This document shows, in pieces, positions 48,199-57,518 of a stretch of DNA of 64,000 nucleotides. The notes beneath the pieces are model-generated. The model saw only the letters and a list, made by a program, of their open reading frames with translations. It was not told the origin of the DNA and did no database searches. The stretch comes from an uncultured Collinsella sp. (GTDB lineage: Bacteria; Actinomycetota; Coriobacteriia; Coriobacteriales; Coriobacteriaceae): positions 40,111 to 104,110 of the forward strand of contig CABUIE010000003.1 of assembly GCA_902491565.1 (NCBI GenBank), read 5' to 3'. The translations under genes were made by a program, and so were the position numbers. The number at the start of each line of letters is the position of its first letter. Positions within the stretch are counted from its first letter, which is position 1.

Positions 48199-49641
48199 AT
48201 GAAATACCAGAAGCTTTGCGATGAAATCATCACAAAGGTCGGTGGTCGAGACAATGTGTTAGACGTGAGCCACTGCATTACGCGTCTCCGCTTCCACCTC
48301 AAGGATGAATCGCTCGCCCAGACCAATGAGCTTAAGGCGACGAAGGGCGTCGTTGACGTCATCCAGACCGGCGGACAGTATCAGGTCGTGATTGGTGCCA
48401 CTGTCGAGGCCGTCTACAACGACCTCGTTCAGATTGGCGGGTTCGACTCCAAACCCGCGCTCGATATCGATGAAGGCGACGACGTCAAAAAGAGCGATCC
48501 GTTCTCGCGTCTGCTTGCCATCATCTCCGAGATTCTGCAACCGGTTCTTGGCGTGCTTATGGCCGGTGGCTTTATCAAGTCGATGCTCGCGCTCTGCACG
48601 GTTGCCGGTTGGCTTGCCAAGGACAGCAATACGTATGTGACGCTCTCGGCAATCGGAGATTCGGTCTTCTATTACTTTCCGCTAATCATTGGCTGGACGT
48701 CGGCCAAGAAGTTCGGACTTAAGCCCGTTATGGGAATGGCGCTCGGCGGTATCCTCGTCTACCCGACGCTCGTTGCCCTTATGGGCGGAGATCCGCTCTA
48801 CACGCTCGGCGCCGGTACGGTCTTCGAGTCCAATGTCTACGGTGATATTTTTGGCATCCCGCTGATCATGCAGAATTACTCATCGACGATTCTGCCTGCG
48901 ATCTTTATCGTCTGGATTGCCTCCAAGGTGCACAAGGCCCTTTCTAACGCGCTGCCCGCGCTTGTGAGCTCGTTCTTCTCCAACATCCTGACGCTCCTCA
49001 TTTGCGGCATCCTTGGCCTGCTTGTGGTCGGTCCGGTCATGACGGTCCTCTCCAACATCGTTGCCCAGATCATCTTGATGCTCATCAACTTCCAGCCCGC
49101 CATCGCCGGCTTCGTCATCGGCACGTTCTGGAGCCTGCTCGTCATGTTCGGCCTGCACTGGGGTATCATCCCGCTGTGGTTCCTCGATGTCGCAACCTAC
49201 GGCTATGACCTCATTAATCCGCTCGTGTATGCAGGCGGTTGTGCCATCGCCGGTGCTGTGCTTGGCATGATCATCCGAACCAAGGATTCCGAGGAAAATG
49301 CTGCCGTCAACATTCCCGCCCTTGTCTCTTCGATTTTCGGTGTCAACGAGCCTGCGCTTTACGCCATCTTGCTGCCGCGTAAGCGCCTTATGTGGGCAAC
49401 CTTTATTTCCGCTGGTGTAGGCGGCGCCATCGCCGGCCTCATGGGTGCCAAACTCTATGCCTTCGGTGCCTCCGGCCCGCTCGGTTTTCCGAGCTTTATT
49501 AACCCTGCCGGCATCGACATGGGCTTTATCGGCCTTGTCATCTCCGGTGTGGTCGCTTTCGTTCTGGCTCTTGTCGCCGCTATGGTGATCGGTACCAGGA
49601 AGGACGAGGGCGGTAAGGCGCTCAACATCTCGGTGGACTAG
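48199..49641 (+). CDS. PTS EIIBC, beta-glucoside/sucrose family (no EIIA domain)
   Basis: VGGRDN..HCITRLRF, GQYQVVIG, FGLHW, FGVNEPALY. Confidence 0.92.
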   Translation: MKYQKLCDEIITKVGGRDNVLDVSHCITRLRFHLKDESLAQTNELKATKGVVDVIQTGGQYQVVIGATVEAVYNDLVQIGGFDSKPALDIDEGDDVKKSDPFSRLLAIISEILQPVLGVLMAGGFIKSMLALCTVAGWLAKDSNTYVTLSAIGDSVFYYFPLIIGWTSAKKFGLKPVMGMALGGILVYPTLVALMGGDPLYTLGAGTVFESNVYGDIFGIPLIMQNYSSTILPAIFIVWIASKVHKALSNALPALVSSFFSNILTLLICGILGLLVVGPVMTVLSNIVAQIILMLINFQPAIAGFVIGTFWSLLVMFGLHWGIIPLWFLDVATYGYDLINPLVYAGGCAIAGAVLGMIIRTKDSEENAAVNIPALVSSIFGVNEPALYAILLPRKRLMWATFISAGVGGAIAGLMGAKLYAFGASGPLGFPSFINPAGIDMGFIGLVISGVVAFVLALVAAMVIGTRKDEGGKALNISVD

Positions 49642-49764
49642 TCTGTCTGCGCACTTTAACTAAATATGCCTCGGACGGCGACGTGCCGCCCGAGGCATAT
49701 TTGTGTTTTGTGCCGTTGTCAGCGTGTTTGCGGACACAAGTCTGCGGTTGTGGAGCAGCAGGGA

Positions 49765-50688
49765 TTATGACGGTCGTGCCGCGGTGGAAGACGTACGGTC
49801 GCCCTGCAGGAGCTGACGGTAGGGGAGGAAGCCGATGAACGAGACGACCGCCTGCGAGTGCGCGGCGTTTCGCTTGAGGTAGAGCCTGACCTCGGAGGTT
49901 GTCGCGGGCTCGAGCGGCACCAGGGCTACCTTTCCGCTGGCGAGCGATTCCGCCGGCTTGCGCATGAGGAATGAGACGCCGGCGCCGCGTGCGACAAGAG
50001 AGATGATGTTCTCGGCTCGTTTGCCGGTGAACGTAACACGTGGGCCAAATCCAGCTTCGCGACAAAGGGAAAGGACGAGCTCGCTTACGAACGAGCCTTG
50101 GGGAAGCATGAGGAAATTCTCGTCGATAAGGTCGTCTATCTCGACGGTGTCACATTCGGCGAGTGGATGGTCGAGCGGAAGGACGGCCACGAGCCGGTCG
50201 GTCGTAAAGGGAATCTTTTTGAACTCCGGCTCGATGGCGCCGCTGTCACGGATGAAGGCCAGGTCAATGTCCTCGTGCAGGAGCATGCGCTTGAGTGTGT
50301 CGCCCTCGCCTTCGATGAGCTCGACAGAATATGAGGGGTTCGCCTGCTGAAAATCGATGACGGCGTCCGTGATCCCATAAGGGGCCATAATGGGGATAGA
50401 ACCTACGGTGAGGTGCTCGAGCGGCTCACCTGCGCCTATTTGAATGGCGGCAAGATAGCGGTGCTGAAGCGTCGCAATTTTTTGCGCATAGGGGAGGAGC
50501 GCTTCACCTTGCGCGGTGAGTGTTACGTGGCGCTGGCTTCGATCGATGAGCTTGCAGCCGAGTTCGTGCTCCATTGCCATAATGTGCTTGGAGAGGGTTG
50601 ATTGCGACATGAAAAGCAGTTCCGCCGCATCAAGAAACGTGCGTGACTGCGCTAAGATGGCGAATTCGCCAAAGCGGCTGATATCCAT
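49765..50688 (-). CDS. LysR regulator, convergent on the PTS operon
   Basis: AAELLFMSQSTLSKHI..LGCKLIDR. Confidence 0.9.
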   Translation of the reverse strand: MDISRFGEFAILAQSRTFLDAAELLFMSQSTLSKHIMAMEHELGCKLIDRSQRHVTLTAQGEALLPYAQKIATLQHRYLAAIQIGAGEPLEHLTVGSIPIMAPYGITDAVIDFQQANPSYSVELIEGEGDTLKRMLLHEDIDLAFIRDSGAIEPEFKKIPFTTDRLVAVLPLDHPLAECDTVEIDDLIDENFLMLPQGSFVSELVLSLCREAGFGPRVTFTGKRAENIISLVARGAGVSFLMRKPAESLASGKVALVPLEPATTSEVRLYLKRNAAHSQAVVSFIGFLPYRQLLQGDRTSSTAARPS

Positions 50689-50724
50689 AGGGAGGCCTCC
50701 GGTACCCTCATTTTGGCAGGTGGC

Positions 50725-51135
50725 CTAAACCACGACGCCATTGCAGTGGTCGATTTCGTGTTGGATGATCTCGGCGGTGTAGCCCGAGAAGTTTTTGATG
50801 CGGTGGACGAAGTTCTCGTCCAAATACTCAACCTTAATGCGGCGATAGCGGGTACAGGGGCGCTCGCCGATCAGCGAGAGGCATCCTTCGCTCGTCTGAT
50901 AGGCATTGACCTGCTCAAGAATTTGAGGGTTGTACATCAGGAGTGTCCTGTTGCCGTCCTTTACGCAGATGATGCGCTTGCGCACACCGATCATGTTGGC
51001 GGCGAGCCCCACGCACTCGTGCTCATGCTCGTGGAGTGTATCCAGGAGATCCTGCCCGGTCACGGCATCGTCGGGTCCCGCGTCTTCGGAAGGCAGGCGC
51101 AAAAAGAACTCGGATTTCATGATGGGCTTAATCAT
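50725..51135 (-). CDS. Short peptide deformylase-like protein
   Basis: CVGLAANMIG, EGCLS, QHEIDH. Confidence 0.85.
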   Translation of the reverse strand: MIKPIMKSEFFLRLPSEDAGPDDAVTGQDLLDTLHEHEHECVGLAANMIGVRKRIICVKDGNRTLLMYNPQILEQVNAYQTSEGCLSLIGERPCTRYRRIKVEYLDENFVHRIKNFSGYTAEIIQHEIDHCNGVVV

Positions 51136-51340
51136 GGCGGGCTCCTCATGTCTTATGCTTTCGTGGACTTTTAATAATAGCGCGGAAGGAAAGCTGCGCG
51201 TCCGCGTTACAATCTTTCAACGTTGGACCATGTTGCCAGATTCGTCGTGTACGGCGTCTGGCGTAAGTCTAGGGCTCATTTTTCGCCCTGGACTGTTCCT
51301 CTGGGGCGATGCGACTGTCGTTCCAAGAGGAAGGAAATGC

Positions 51341-52756
51341 ATGGGGAGCAAATCTCAGCAACAAGTTCAAGCAACGCCATCGGCCACTGCGGCGATTCTC
51401 GTCGTTATGTATATTGCGGCCTTTGTTGCCGCGTTTAACGAGAACATCATTAACGTGGCGTTGCACGACATTATGGCGGCCTTTTCGGTGAGTGCCACCA
51501 CGGCGCAGTGGCTCGTCTCGGGCTACATGATTGTGACGTCGATCTTTACGGCCATCATGGCCTTCCTGTCCGGCCGTTTCTCGACGCGCAAGCTGTTGTT
51601 TTTCGCATGCGGATGTATGGTCGCCGGCGAAGTCCTGTGTCTGATCGCTCCGTCGTTTAGCGTTTTGCTGCCAAGCCGTATTTTGCAGGCTGCGGGATCG
51701 GGCATCTTGTTTCCGCTCATGATGAACGTGGTGCTGTCTTGCGCCCCGCGCGAGAAGCTTGGTCTGTATCTGAGTCTGGGCGGTGCCTGCATTACGCTAG
51801 GGCCGGCGTTTGGACCCGTGATCAGCGGTCTTATGTGCACGTTGTTTGGCTGGAGGGCGGTATTCGTAGTGCCGCTGGTGGGCGGCGTTGTGGTCGCTGC
51901 GGCGGGCGTAAAGCTTGTTCAGAATGTCGGAGAGCGCTCGAACACCACGCTTGACATTCTGTCGGTTGTTTTGCTCGCTGCCGGCATTACGGCGTTTGTG
52001 TATTCCGTGGGTGAGTTCTCGACCAATCTGATTGCCGGTGTCGTGGCGCTTTTCGCTGCCGTTGTGCTGCTCGGCCTGTTTGCGGCCCGCCAGCTCAAGC
52101 TCGAGCATCCGGTGCTTAACGTGCGTCCCATGGCGAGCGTTCGTTTTTGGCCTGCGTGCTTGCTTGTGGTGGTGTCGATGATGACGACGTTCTCGATGAG
52201 CGTTTTGTTGCCGCTCTATTTTGAGGGCGCATACGGCATGACCGCACTTATTGCGGGCCTGCTCATTTTGCCGGCGATTGCCTGCAACGCCGTGACCTCG
52301 ATTGTGGGCGGACGTGTGATGGACGCCCGTGGCGCATGGCCGCTGCTGCCGGTCGGCTTTGCCCTGATTGCCGTGGGACAGACTGCCATCTCGATGACGG
52401 CGGCAAGCATGAACATCGGCGTCGTCGTTGCGCTGACCGTTGTGGTGTATGCCGGAGTCGGTTTGGTGCTGAGCCCCTCGCAAACGGCTGGTTTGGAGAC
52501 GCTGCCTGCCGCTGAACATCCTCACGGAACGGCATTGCTTAACACGTGGAACATGATTGCCGCATCGTTTGGCCCGTCGCTGTTTATCGGTCTGCTCTCG
52601 AGTTCTGCGGCGGCTGCCAGCGTCGCTGGCGCTGCGATCGACGTTGCCCAGGCGATTGGATTTGCAGCTGCCGTGCGTGTGGCGGCTGTAATTGCCGTGG
52701 TCGGGTTCGTGGCGTCGCTGGTGTACGCTCATCGCGAGTCGCACATGTCGCATTAA
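51341..52756 (+). CDS. MFS DHA2 (LmrB-like) efflux transporter
   Basis: AQWLVSGYM, RILQAAGSG, LGPAFGP..GWR; ~14 TM segments. Confidence 0.9.
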   Translation: MGSKSQQQVQATPSATAAILVVMYIAAFVAAFNENIINVALHDIMAAFSVSATTAQWLVSGYMIVTSIFTAIMAFLSGRFSTRKLLFFACGCMVAGEVLCLIAPSFSVLLPSRILQAAGSGILFPLMMNVVLSCAPREKLGLYLSLGGACITLGPAFGPVISGLMCTLFGWRAVFVVPLVGGVVVAAAGVKLVQNVGERSNTTLDILSVVLLAAGITAFVYSVGEFSTNLIAGVVALFAAVVLLGLFAARQLKLEHPVLNVRPMASVRFWPACLLVVVSMMTTFSMSVLLPLYFEGAYGMTALIAGLLILPAIACNAVTSIVGGRVMDARGAWPLLPVGFALIAVGQTAISMTAASMNIGVVVALTVVVYAGVGLVLSPSQTAGLETLPAAEHPHGTALLNTWNMIAASFGPSLFIGLLSSSAAAASVAGAAIDVAQAIGFAAAVRVAAVIAVVGFVASLVYAHRESHMSH

Positions 52757-52908
52757 TGTGTGCACATAGATTCTGCAGCTAGATTGGATGGCGACACCAT
52801 AAACTAATGGACGTTTTGCCGAGAGGCATGAATGTTTAAAGCGCAAAGAGTGCGCGACGGGCCCCGCGAATGGGGCGATGATGCCCGAGAGGGCCAAGAA
52901 GGAGTCTC

Positions 52909-53820
52909 ATGTCTGAGAACGAAGAGATCATGAACGAGACCGAGAACGAGACCATGGCTGCCGAGGTCGAGGCAGTCGAGACCGTGGAGACCGAAGCTGC
53001 CGAGGTTGAGGCTGCTGACGAGGTTTCCGCCGAGGAGGAGGCCGAGGTTGTCAAGGCCGCCGTTGATTACGATGACGAAGAGCTGATGGACAAGATGCAG
53101 AAGGCCGCCCGCCTGCTGCGTAGCCGTCGCTTTGCTATTTCCAAGGAGGAGGAGGCCAAGGCCGAGCGCATGGCGAACATCGAGCGCGCCATCAAGCTTC
53201 TTGACCTCAAGCCCAAGATGGAGCAGAAGGAAATGTCCGACCTGCTGGGCATGCGCCTCCGTGAGCTCGATGGCCTGATGGCCGAGGCCGAGGCCGCCGA
53301 TTTGGTCGGCCGCATCGACGACGCCGAGGGCGATATGCGCAAGATCGTCGTCTTCGCTGCCGAGGATGCCGCTGAGGGCCTGGTCGAGCTTGCCAACAAG
53401 AAGGAGAAGCTCCTGCCCGAGCTTTCTTACGAGGAGGCCACCGAGCTGATGGCCGCTCTCGATAAGGTTATCGCTCCGCTTGTCGCCATGGGCCTGGACG
53501 AGGACCGCGGTCCTCGCGGCGGCCGTGACGACCGTGGCGGTCGCGGTGGCGATCGAGGCGGCCGTGGCGGCTTTGGTGACCGCGGTGGCCGTGGCGGCGA
53601 CCGTGGCGGTCGCGGTGGCGATCGCGGCGGCCGTGGCGGCTTTGGTGACCGTGGCGGCGACCGTGGCGGTCGCGGCGGCTTTGGCGGCAACCGTGGTGGC
53701 TATGGCGATCGCGGTGGCAACCGTGGCGGCTTCGGCGGCAACCGTGGTAACGACCGCGGCGGTCGCGGTGGCGACCGTGGCGGCCGCAACGGTGGCGGCT
53801 TCCGCGGTAACCGCTTTTAG
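52909..53820 (+). CDS. Acidic N-terminus / MarR-like winged helix / RGG-repeat tail protein
   Basis: MEQKEMSDLLGMRLRELDGLMAEAEAADLVGRI...DMRK (MarR-like); ~100-aa GDRGGRGG tail; RBS AAGGAG. Confidence 0.75.
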   Translation: MSENEEIMNETENETMAAEVEAVETVETEAAEVEAADEVSAEEEAEVVKAAVDYDDEELMDKMQKAARLLRSRRFAISKEEEAKAERMANIERAIKLLDLKPKMEQKEMSDLLGMRLRELDGLMAEAEAADLVGRIDDAEGDMRKIVVFAAEDAAEGLVELANKKEKLLPELSYEEATELMAALDKVIAPLVAMGLDEDRGPRGGRDDRGGRGGDRGGRGGFGDRGGRGGDRGGRGGDRGGRGGFGDRGGDRGGRGGFGGNRGGYGDRGGNRGGFGGNRGNDRGGRGGDRGGRNGGGFRGNRF

Positions 53821-53822
53821 GG

Positions 53823-53849
53823 GTTACGCGGTTCTACGAACCGCGTAAC
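53823..53849. terminator. Hairpin downstream of the RGG gene
   Basis: GTTACGCGGTTC-TAC-GAACCGCGTAAC. Confidence 0.55.
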
Positions 53850-54004
53850 TAGTTGACGCTGCGCGCCCACCAGAGCGACAACTTGTCATTCAAAGAGGAC
53901 GGCATGACCAGAAGGTCTATGCCGTCCTCTTTTCATGCCAATTTGTTCGCTCTGGTGGGCGCTCGCTGTCGGTGCCAAAACATCGGCATTGCCATGATCC
54001 AAGG

Positions 54005-54033
54005 TAGTCATTGGGGACGTTCTTAAACGACTA
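54005..54033. repeat. REP-like palindrome (copy 2 of 313-343)
   Basis: TAGTCATTGGGGACGTTCTTAAACGACTA. Confidence 0.75.
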
Positions 54034-54147
54034 CATAGCATGAGAGTGGATAATCTCCCGGTTTGAGTCTGCATTCAAGCTCAAAGTGGGAGATTATCCA
54101 CTCTCATTTGCTATGCGTCCGAAAATCCACGCTCGTTTGTTTTCTGC

Positions 54148-54735
54148 CTACATTTGGAGGAAGAGCTCGTGGAGGTGGGTGTCTTCATCGAGTTCGGGGT
54201 GGAAGGTTACGCCGAGCTGGTTGTCTTGGCGGGCGGCGACGATGCGGCCATCGACTTCGGCCAGGGCCTCGGCATCGCCGTGCACCTCAACGATGCGGGG
54301 CGCGCGGATAAACGTCAGCGGCACTTCACCGTCGATGCCGGCTACCTGCCCCTTGGTTCGAAAGCTGCCGAGCTGCCTGCCGTAGGCATTGCGCTCGACA
54401 AGTACATCCATGGTTGCCAAACGCGGCGTGCCCTTATCGTCATGGGCGGCAAGATCGTGAGCCAGTAGAATCAGGCCGGCGCAGGTGCCCAGGACGGGCA
54501 TGCCTTCAGCGATACGGGCACGAAGCTCCTCGAGCATGCCCAACTCATCAAGCAGCTTCCCTTGAACGGTGGACTCGCCGCCGGGAAGTACCAGACGGTC
54601 AAAGTCCTGCTTCAAATCGGCCGCCTGCCTCAGCTCAATACAGTGTGCGCCAAGCTCGGATAGTCTTGCCTCGTGCTCGGCAAAAGCGCCTTGGACCGCC
54701 AGCACGGCGACCGTTTGGTCTGCATAATCGCTCAT
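54148..54735 (-). CDS. pdxT: PLP synthase glutaminase subunit
   Basis: LAVQGAFAEH, PGGEST, GTCAG, RNAYGRQ, FIRAP, FHPE. Confidence 0.95.
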   Translation of the reverse strand: MSDYADQTVAVLAVQGAFAEHEARLSELGAHCIELRQAADLKQDFDRLVLPGGESTVQGKLLDELGMLEELRARIAEGMPVLGTCAGLILLAHDLAAHDDKGTPRLATMDVLVERNAYGRQLGSFRTKGQVAGIDGEVPLTFIRAPRIVEVHGDAEALAEVDGRIVAARQDNQLGVTFHPELDEDTHLHELFLQM

Positions 54736-54755
54736 GTGCGATCCTTTCTGCTGGA

Positions 54756-55646
54756 CTAGCGCCCGCGCTCCTCCATGATGATCTCGATCTCGTCGGCGTT
54801 GATGCCCACCATGGCCTCGCCCAGGTCCTCCGAAAGCTCGGCAATGAGTTTGGCATCGGTGAAGTTTGCCACGGCCTTGACGATGGCGGCGGCGCGCTTG
54901 GCGGGGTCGCCGCTCTTAAAGATGCCCGAGCCGACAAAGACGCCTTCGGCGCCCAGCTGCATCATCAGCGCGGCGTCGGCGGGGGTCGCTACGCCGCCGG
55001 CGGCAAAGTTCACAACGGGAAGCTTACCCGTAGCATGGACCTCGCGCACCAGCTCGACCGGAACCTGCAGTTGCTTGGCTGCCTCAAAGAGTTCGTCGTC
55101 GCGCAGGGCAACAACGTCGCGGATTTGCTTTTGGACCTTGCGCATGTGGCGCACGGCCTGGACCACGTCGCCCGTGCCCGGCTCGCCCTTGGTGCGAATC
55201 ATCGTGGCGCCCTCGGCAACACGGCGCAGCGCCTCGCCCAGATCACGGGCGCCGCAGACAAACGGCACGTCAAACTGGGTCTTGTCGATGTGATAGACGT
55301 CATCGGCAGGGGAGAGAACCTCGGACTCATCGATGTAGTCGATCTCGATGGCCTGCAGGACCTGCGCCTCGACGATGTGACCGATGCGGCACTTGGCCAT
55401 GACGGGGATGGAGACGGCCTCCTGGATGCCCTTGATCATCTTGGGGTCGCTCATGCGCGAGACGCCGCCTGCGGCACGGATGTCGGCCGGGATGCGCTCG
55501 AGGGCCATGACGGCGCAGGCGCCTGCCTCCTCGGCGATGCGTGCCTGCTCGGGCGTGGTAACGTCCATGATGACGCCGCCCTTGAGCATCTGCGCGAGCT
55601 CGCGATTGAGTTTGACGCGGTCGGCCTTGCTGTTCTGTTCTGCCAT
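54756..55646 (-). CDS. pdxS: PLP synthase lyase subunit
   Basis: [46 protein letters not shown]. Confidence 0.97.
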   Translation of the reverse strand: MAEQNSKADRVKLNRELAQMLKGGVIMDVTTPEQARIAEEAGACAVMALERIPADIRAAGGVSRMSDPKMIKGIQEAVSIPVMAKCRIGHIVEAQVLQAIEIDYIDESEVLSPADDVYHIDKTQFDVPFVCGARDLGEALRRVAEGATMIRTKGEPGTGDVVQAVRHMRKVQKQIRDVVALRDDELFEAAKQLQVPVELVREVHATGKLPVVNFAAGGVATPADAALMMQLGAEGVFVGSGIFKSGDPAKRAAAIVKAVANFTDAKLIAELSEDLGEAMVGINADEIEIIMEERGR

Positions 55647-55791
55647 GGTTGCTCCCTTGGTTGGCATGTGCATTGCTTGACGGAACATCCTATCGGGGAG
55701 CTGGGTATGACAAAATACTCAGTTTTCGAGATAATTACAAGGTCAGACTAATACCAGATTGAATGACTTAATAAGGTCAGGTGATAGGCTC

Positions 55792-57228
55792 ATGCTTGAC
55801 TACAATTTGGAAAAACGCGGCGAAGCATCGCTCTATGAGTATGTTTACCAGCAAATTCGAGATGATATCGTAGCTGGACGCATTGTGGCGGGGGAGCATT
55901 TGCCGTCTAAGCGCGCCTTTGCCAGTCATCTGGGAATCAGTGTTATTACCATCGAGAATGCATATAGCCAGTTACTCGCTGAGGGCTATATTTGCTCAAT
56001 ACCACGTCGTGGCTACTACGCTTGCGAGCTTCCGGATGCACCGGTTTTGGCTTCGGCTGCGGAGGGCATCGACCGAGATGCCGTCTCTGTGGGCCCCAGC
56101 GTGCATGATGTCAACGGACAGGTCGAGCGATTCGATGCGCTTTCTCCTTCTGCTTTGGAGGCGGCGCGGCTTTGGCAAAGCGCGCTACGGGCGACGCTGG
56201 CATCCGAAGACGAGCGCGAAATCTTTTCGCCCGCACCGGCGCAGGGCACTGCTCGGCTGCGACGCGCAATTGCTCACCATCTGCACGGGACAAGGGGTAT
56301 GAATGTCGACCCCAACAACATCGTTATCGGTGCGGGCGCCCAGCTGCTCGATACCATGTTGGTTCAGTTGCTTGGCGCGGACAAGGTGTATGCGGTTGAG
56401 GATCCGGGCTATTTGCGTCTGACGCGTATCTATCAGGCTATGGGCTGCAAAGTTCGACATATCCCGTTGGATGATGAGGGCGTGGACTTGAGCACTCTGC
56501 AGAAAAGCGGGACCGATGTCCTTCACCTGATGCCGTCCCATCAGTATCCGACCGGTCTTGTGACGAGCATTGCGCGTCGCTATGCGCTTCTGAGCTGGGT
56601 CGCTGAGCGACCAGGTCGGTATCTCATCGAAGATGACTTTGATTGTGAGTTTCGCCTTGCCGGGAAGCCGATTCCCGCGCTCGCGTCGATTGATGCCGCC
56701 CAGTCGGTTATCTACACCAACACGTTTTCGAAGAGCCTTTCATCGGCGTTGCGTCTAGCGTACATGGTGCTGCCCGATGAGCTGATGGAGCGGTTTAGGT
56801 GCAACCTTGGTTTCTATGCCTCGTCAGTGAGTTCTGTCGACCAGGTCGCTTTGGCTCGTTTGCTGGAATCGGGTGATTACGAGCGGCATGTGAACCGCGT
56901 GCGCGTTCGTGCTCGTGAGGCGCGTGATGGCCTGATGGCGCTTGTGCGGAAAGCGTTTCCGGCAGGGGAGGTCTCGATCGAGCAGGCAGATGCGGGCCTT
57001 TACTGTACCGTGGTTGCGGAGCGTGGAACGGGCGGAAGCTCTTTTGCGCAGGCTCTCGCGCGCTCGAGCATCCCTTTTGTCGATATCAGTGACTGTTATT
57101 GGTGTGCCGATGGCGCATCTGTCCCTGAAAACTCAACTCAAATTCTTGTCCAGTATGACGATCTGAGTCCAAAAGTGCTAACTACCTTGGAATTGCAGCT
57201 AATGGGGGGCACTCTGCAACCTAAGTGA
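55792..57228 (+). CDS. pdxR: MocR/GabR-family regulator (GntR + aminotransferase-like), divergent from pdxST
   Basis: LPSKR...ENAYSQLLAEGY, PSHQYPTG, IEDDFD.EF, FSKSL. Confidence 0.88.
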   Translation: MLDYNLEKRGEASLYEYVYQQIRDDIVAGRIVAGEHLPSKRAFASHLGISVITIENAYSQLLAEGYICSIPRRGYYACELPDAPVLASAAEGIDRDAVSVGPSVHDVNGQVERFDALSPSALEAARLWQSALRATLASEDEREIFSPAPAQGTARLRRAIAHHLHGTRGMNVDPNNIVIGAGAQLLDTMLVQLLGADKVYAVEDPGYLRLTRIYQAMGCKVRHIPLDDEGVDLSTLQKSGTDVLHLMPSHQYPTGLVTSIARRYALLSWVAERPGRYLIEDDFDCEFRLAGKPIPALASIDAAQSVIYTNTFSKSLSSALRLAYMVLPDELMERFRCNLGFYASSVSSVDQVALARLLESGDYERHVNRVRVRAREARDGLMALVRKAFPAGEVSIEQADAGLYCTVVAERGTGGSSFAQALARSSIPFVDISDCYWCADGASVPENSTQILVQYDDLSPKVLTTLELQLMGGTLQPK

Positions 57229-57341
57229 TTAGACTTTTAGCACTTTGGCGACCAGGAAGTTTTGTAACAAGCTATCTACCTGCGGTTTTGAAAAGCAGGA
57301 TGACCGGCCTGCTCGGGATGTTCAAAAAAGTCTACTCACTT
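57223..57341. repeat. 119-bp palindromic element, copy 1 (intact)
   Basis: AAGTGATTAGACTTTT...AAAAGTCTACTCACTT ends; central TACCTGC. Confidence 0.85.
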
Positions 57342-57518
57342 GCCGCGCAAAGCTCCTGCATGAGAAAAAAATGGGGTTTTCAACAGGGCTTCGTCCAGCT
57401 CTTGGCAAGCTTTTGGCCAGTTGGGGAGGGCTGTTGAAAACTTTGCAGTCCGTTCGGCGCCATTTTTGGTGCGTTCGCGCCAATGCGTGACTGACTGGGT
57501 TGAAATTCGTGTTTTCCT

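Noticed and set aside
53500..53820. CRISPR array or non-coding tandem repeat
   Set aside because: In-frame codon repeats encoding RGG units; no spacers and no cas genes
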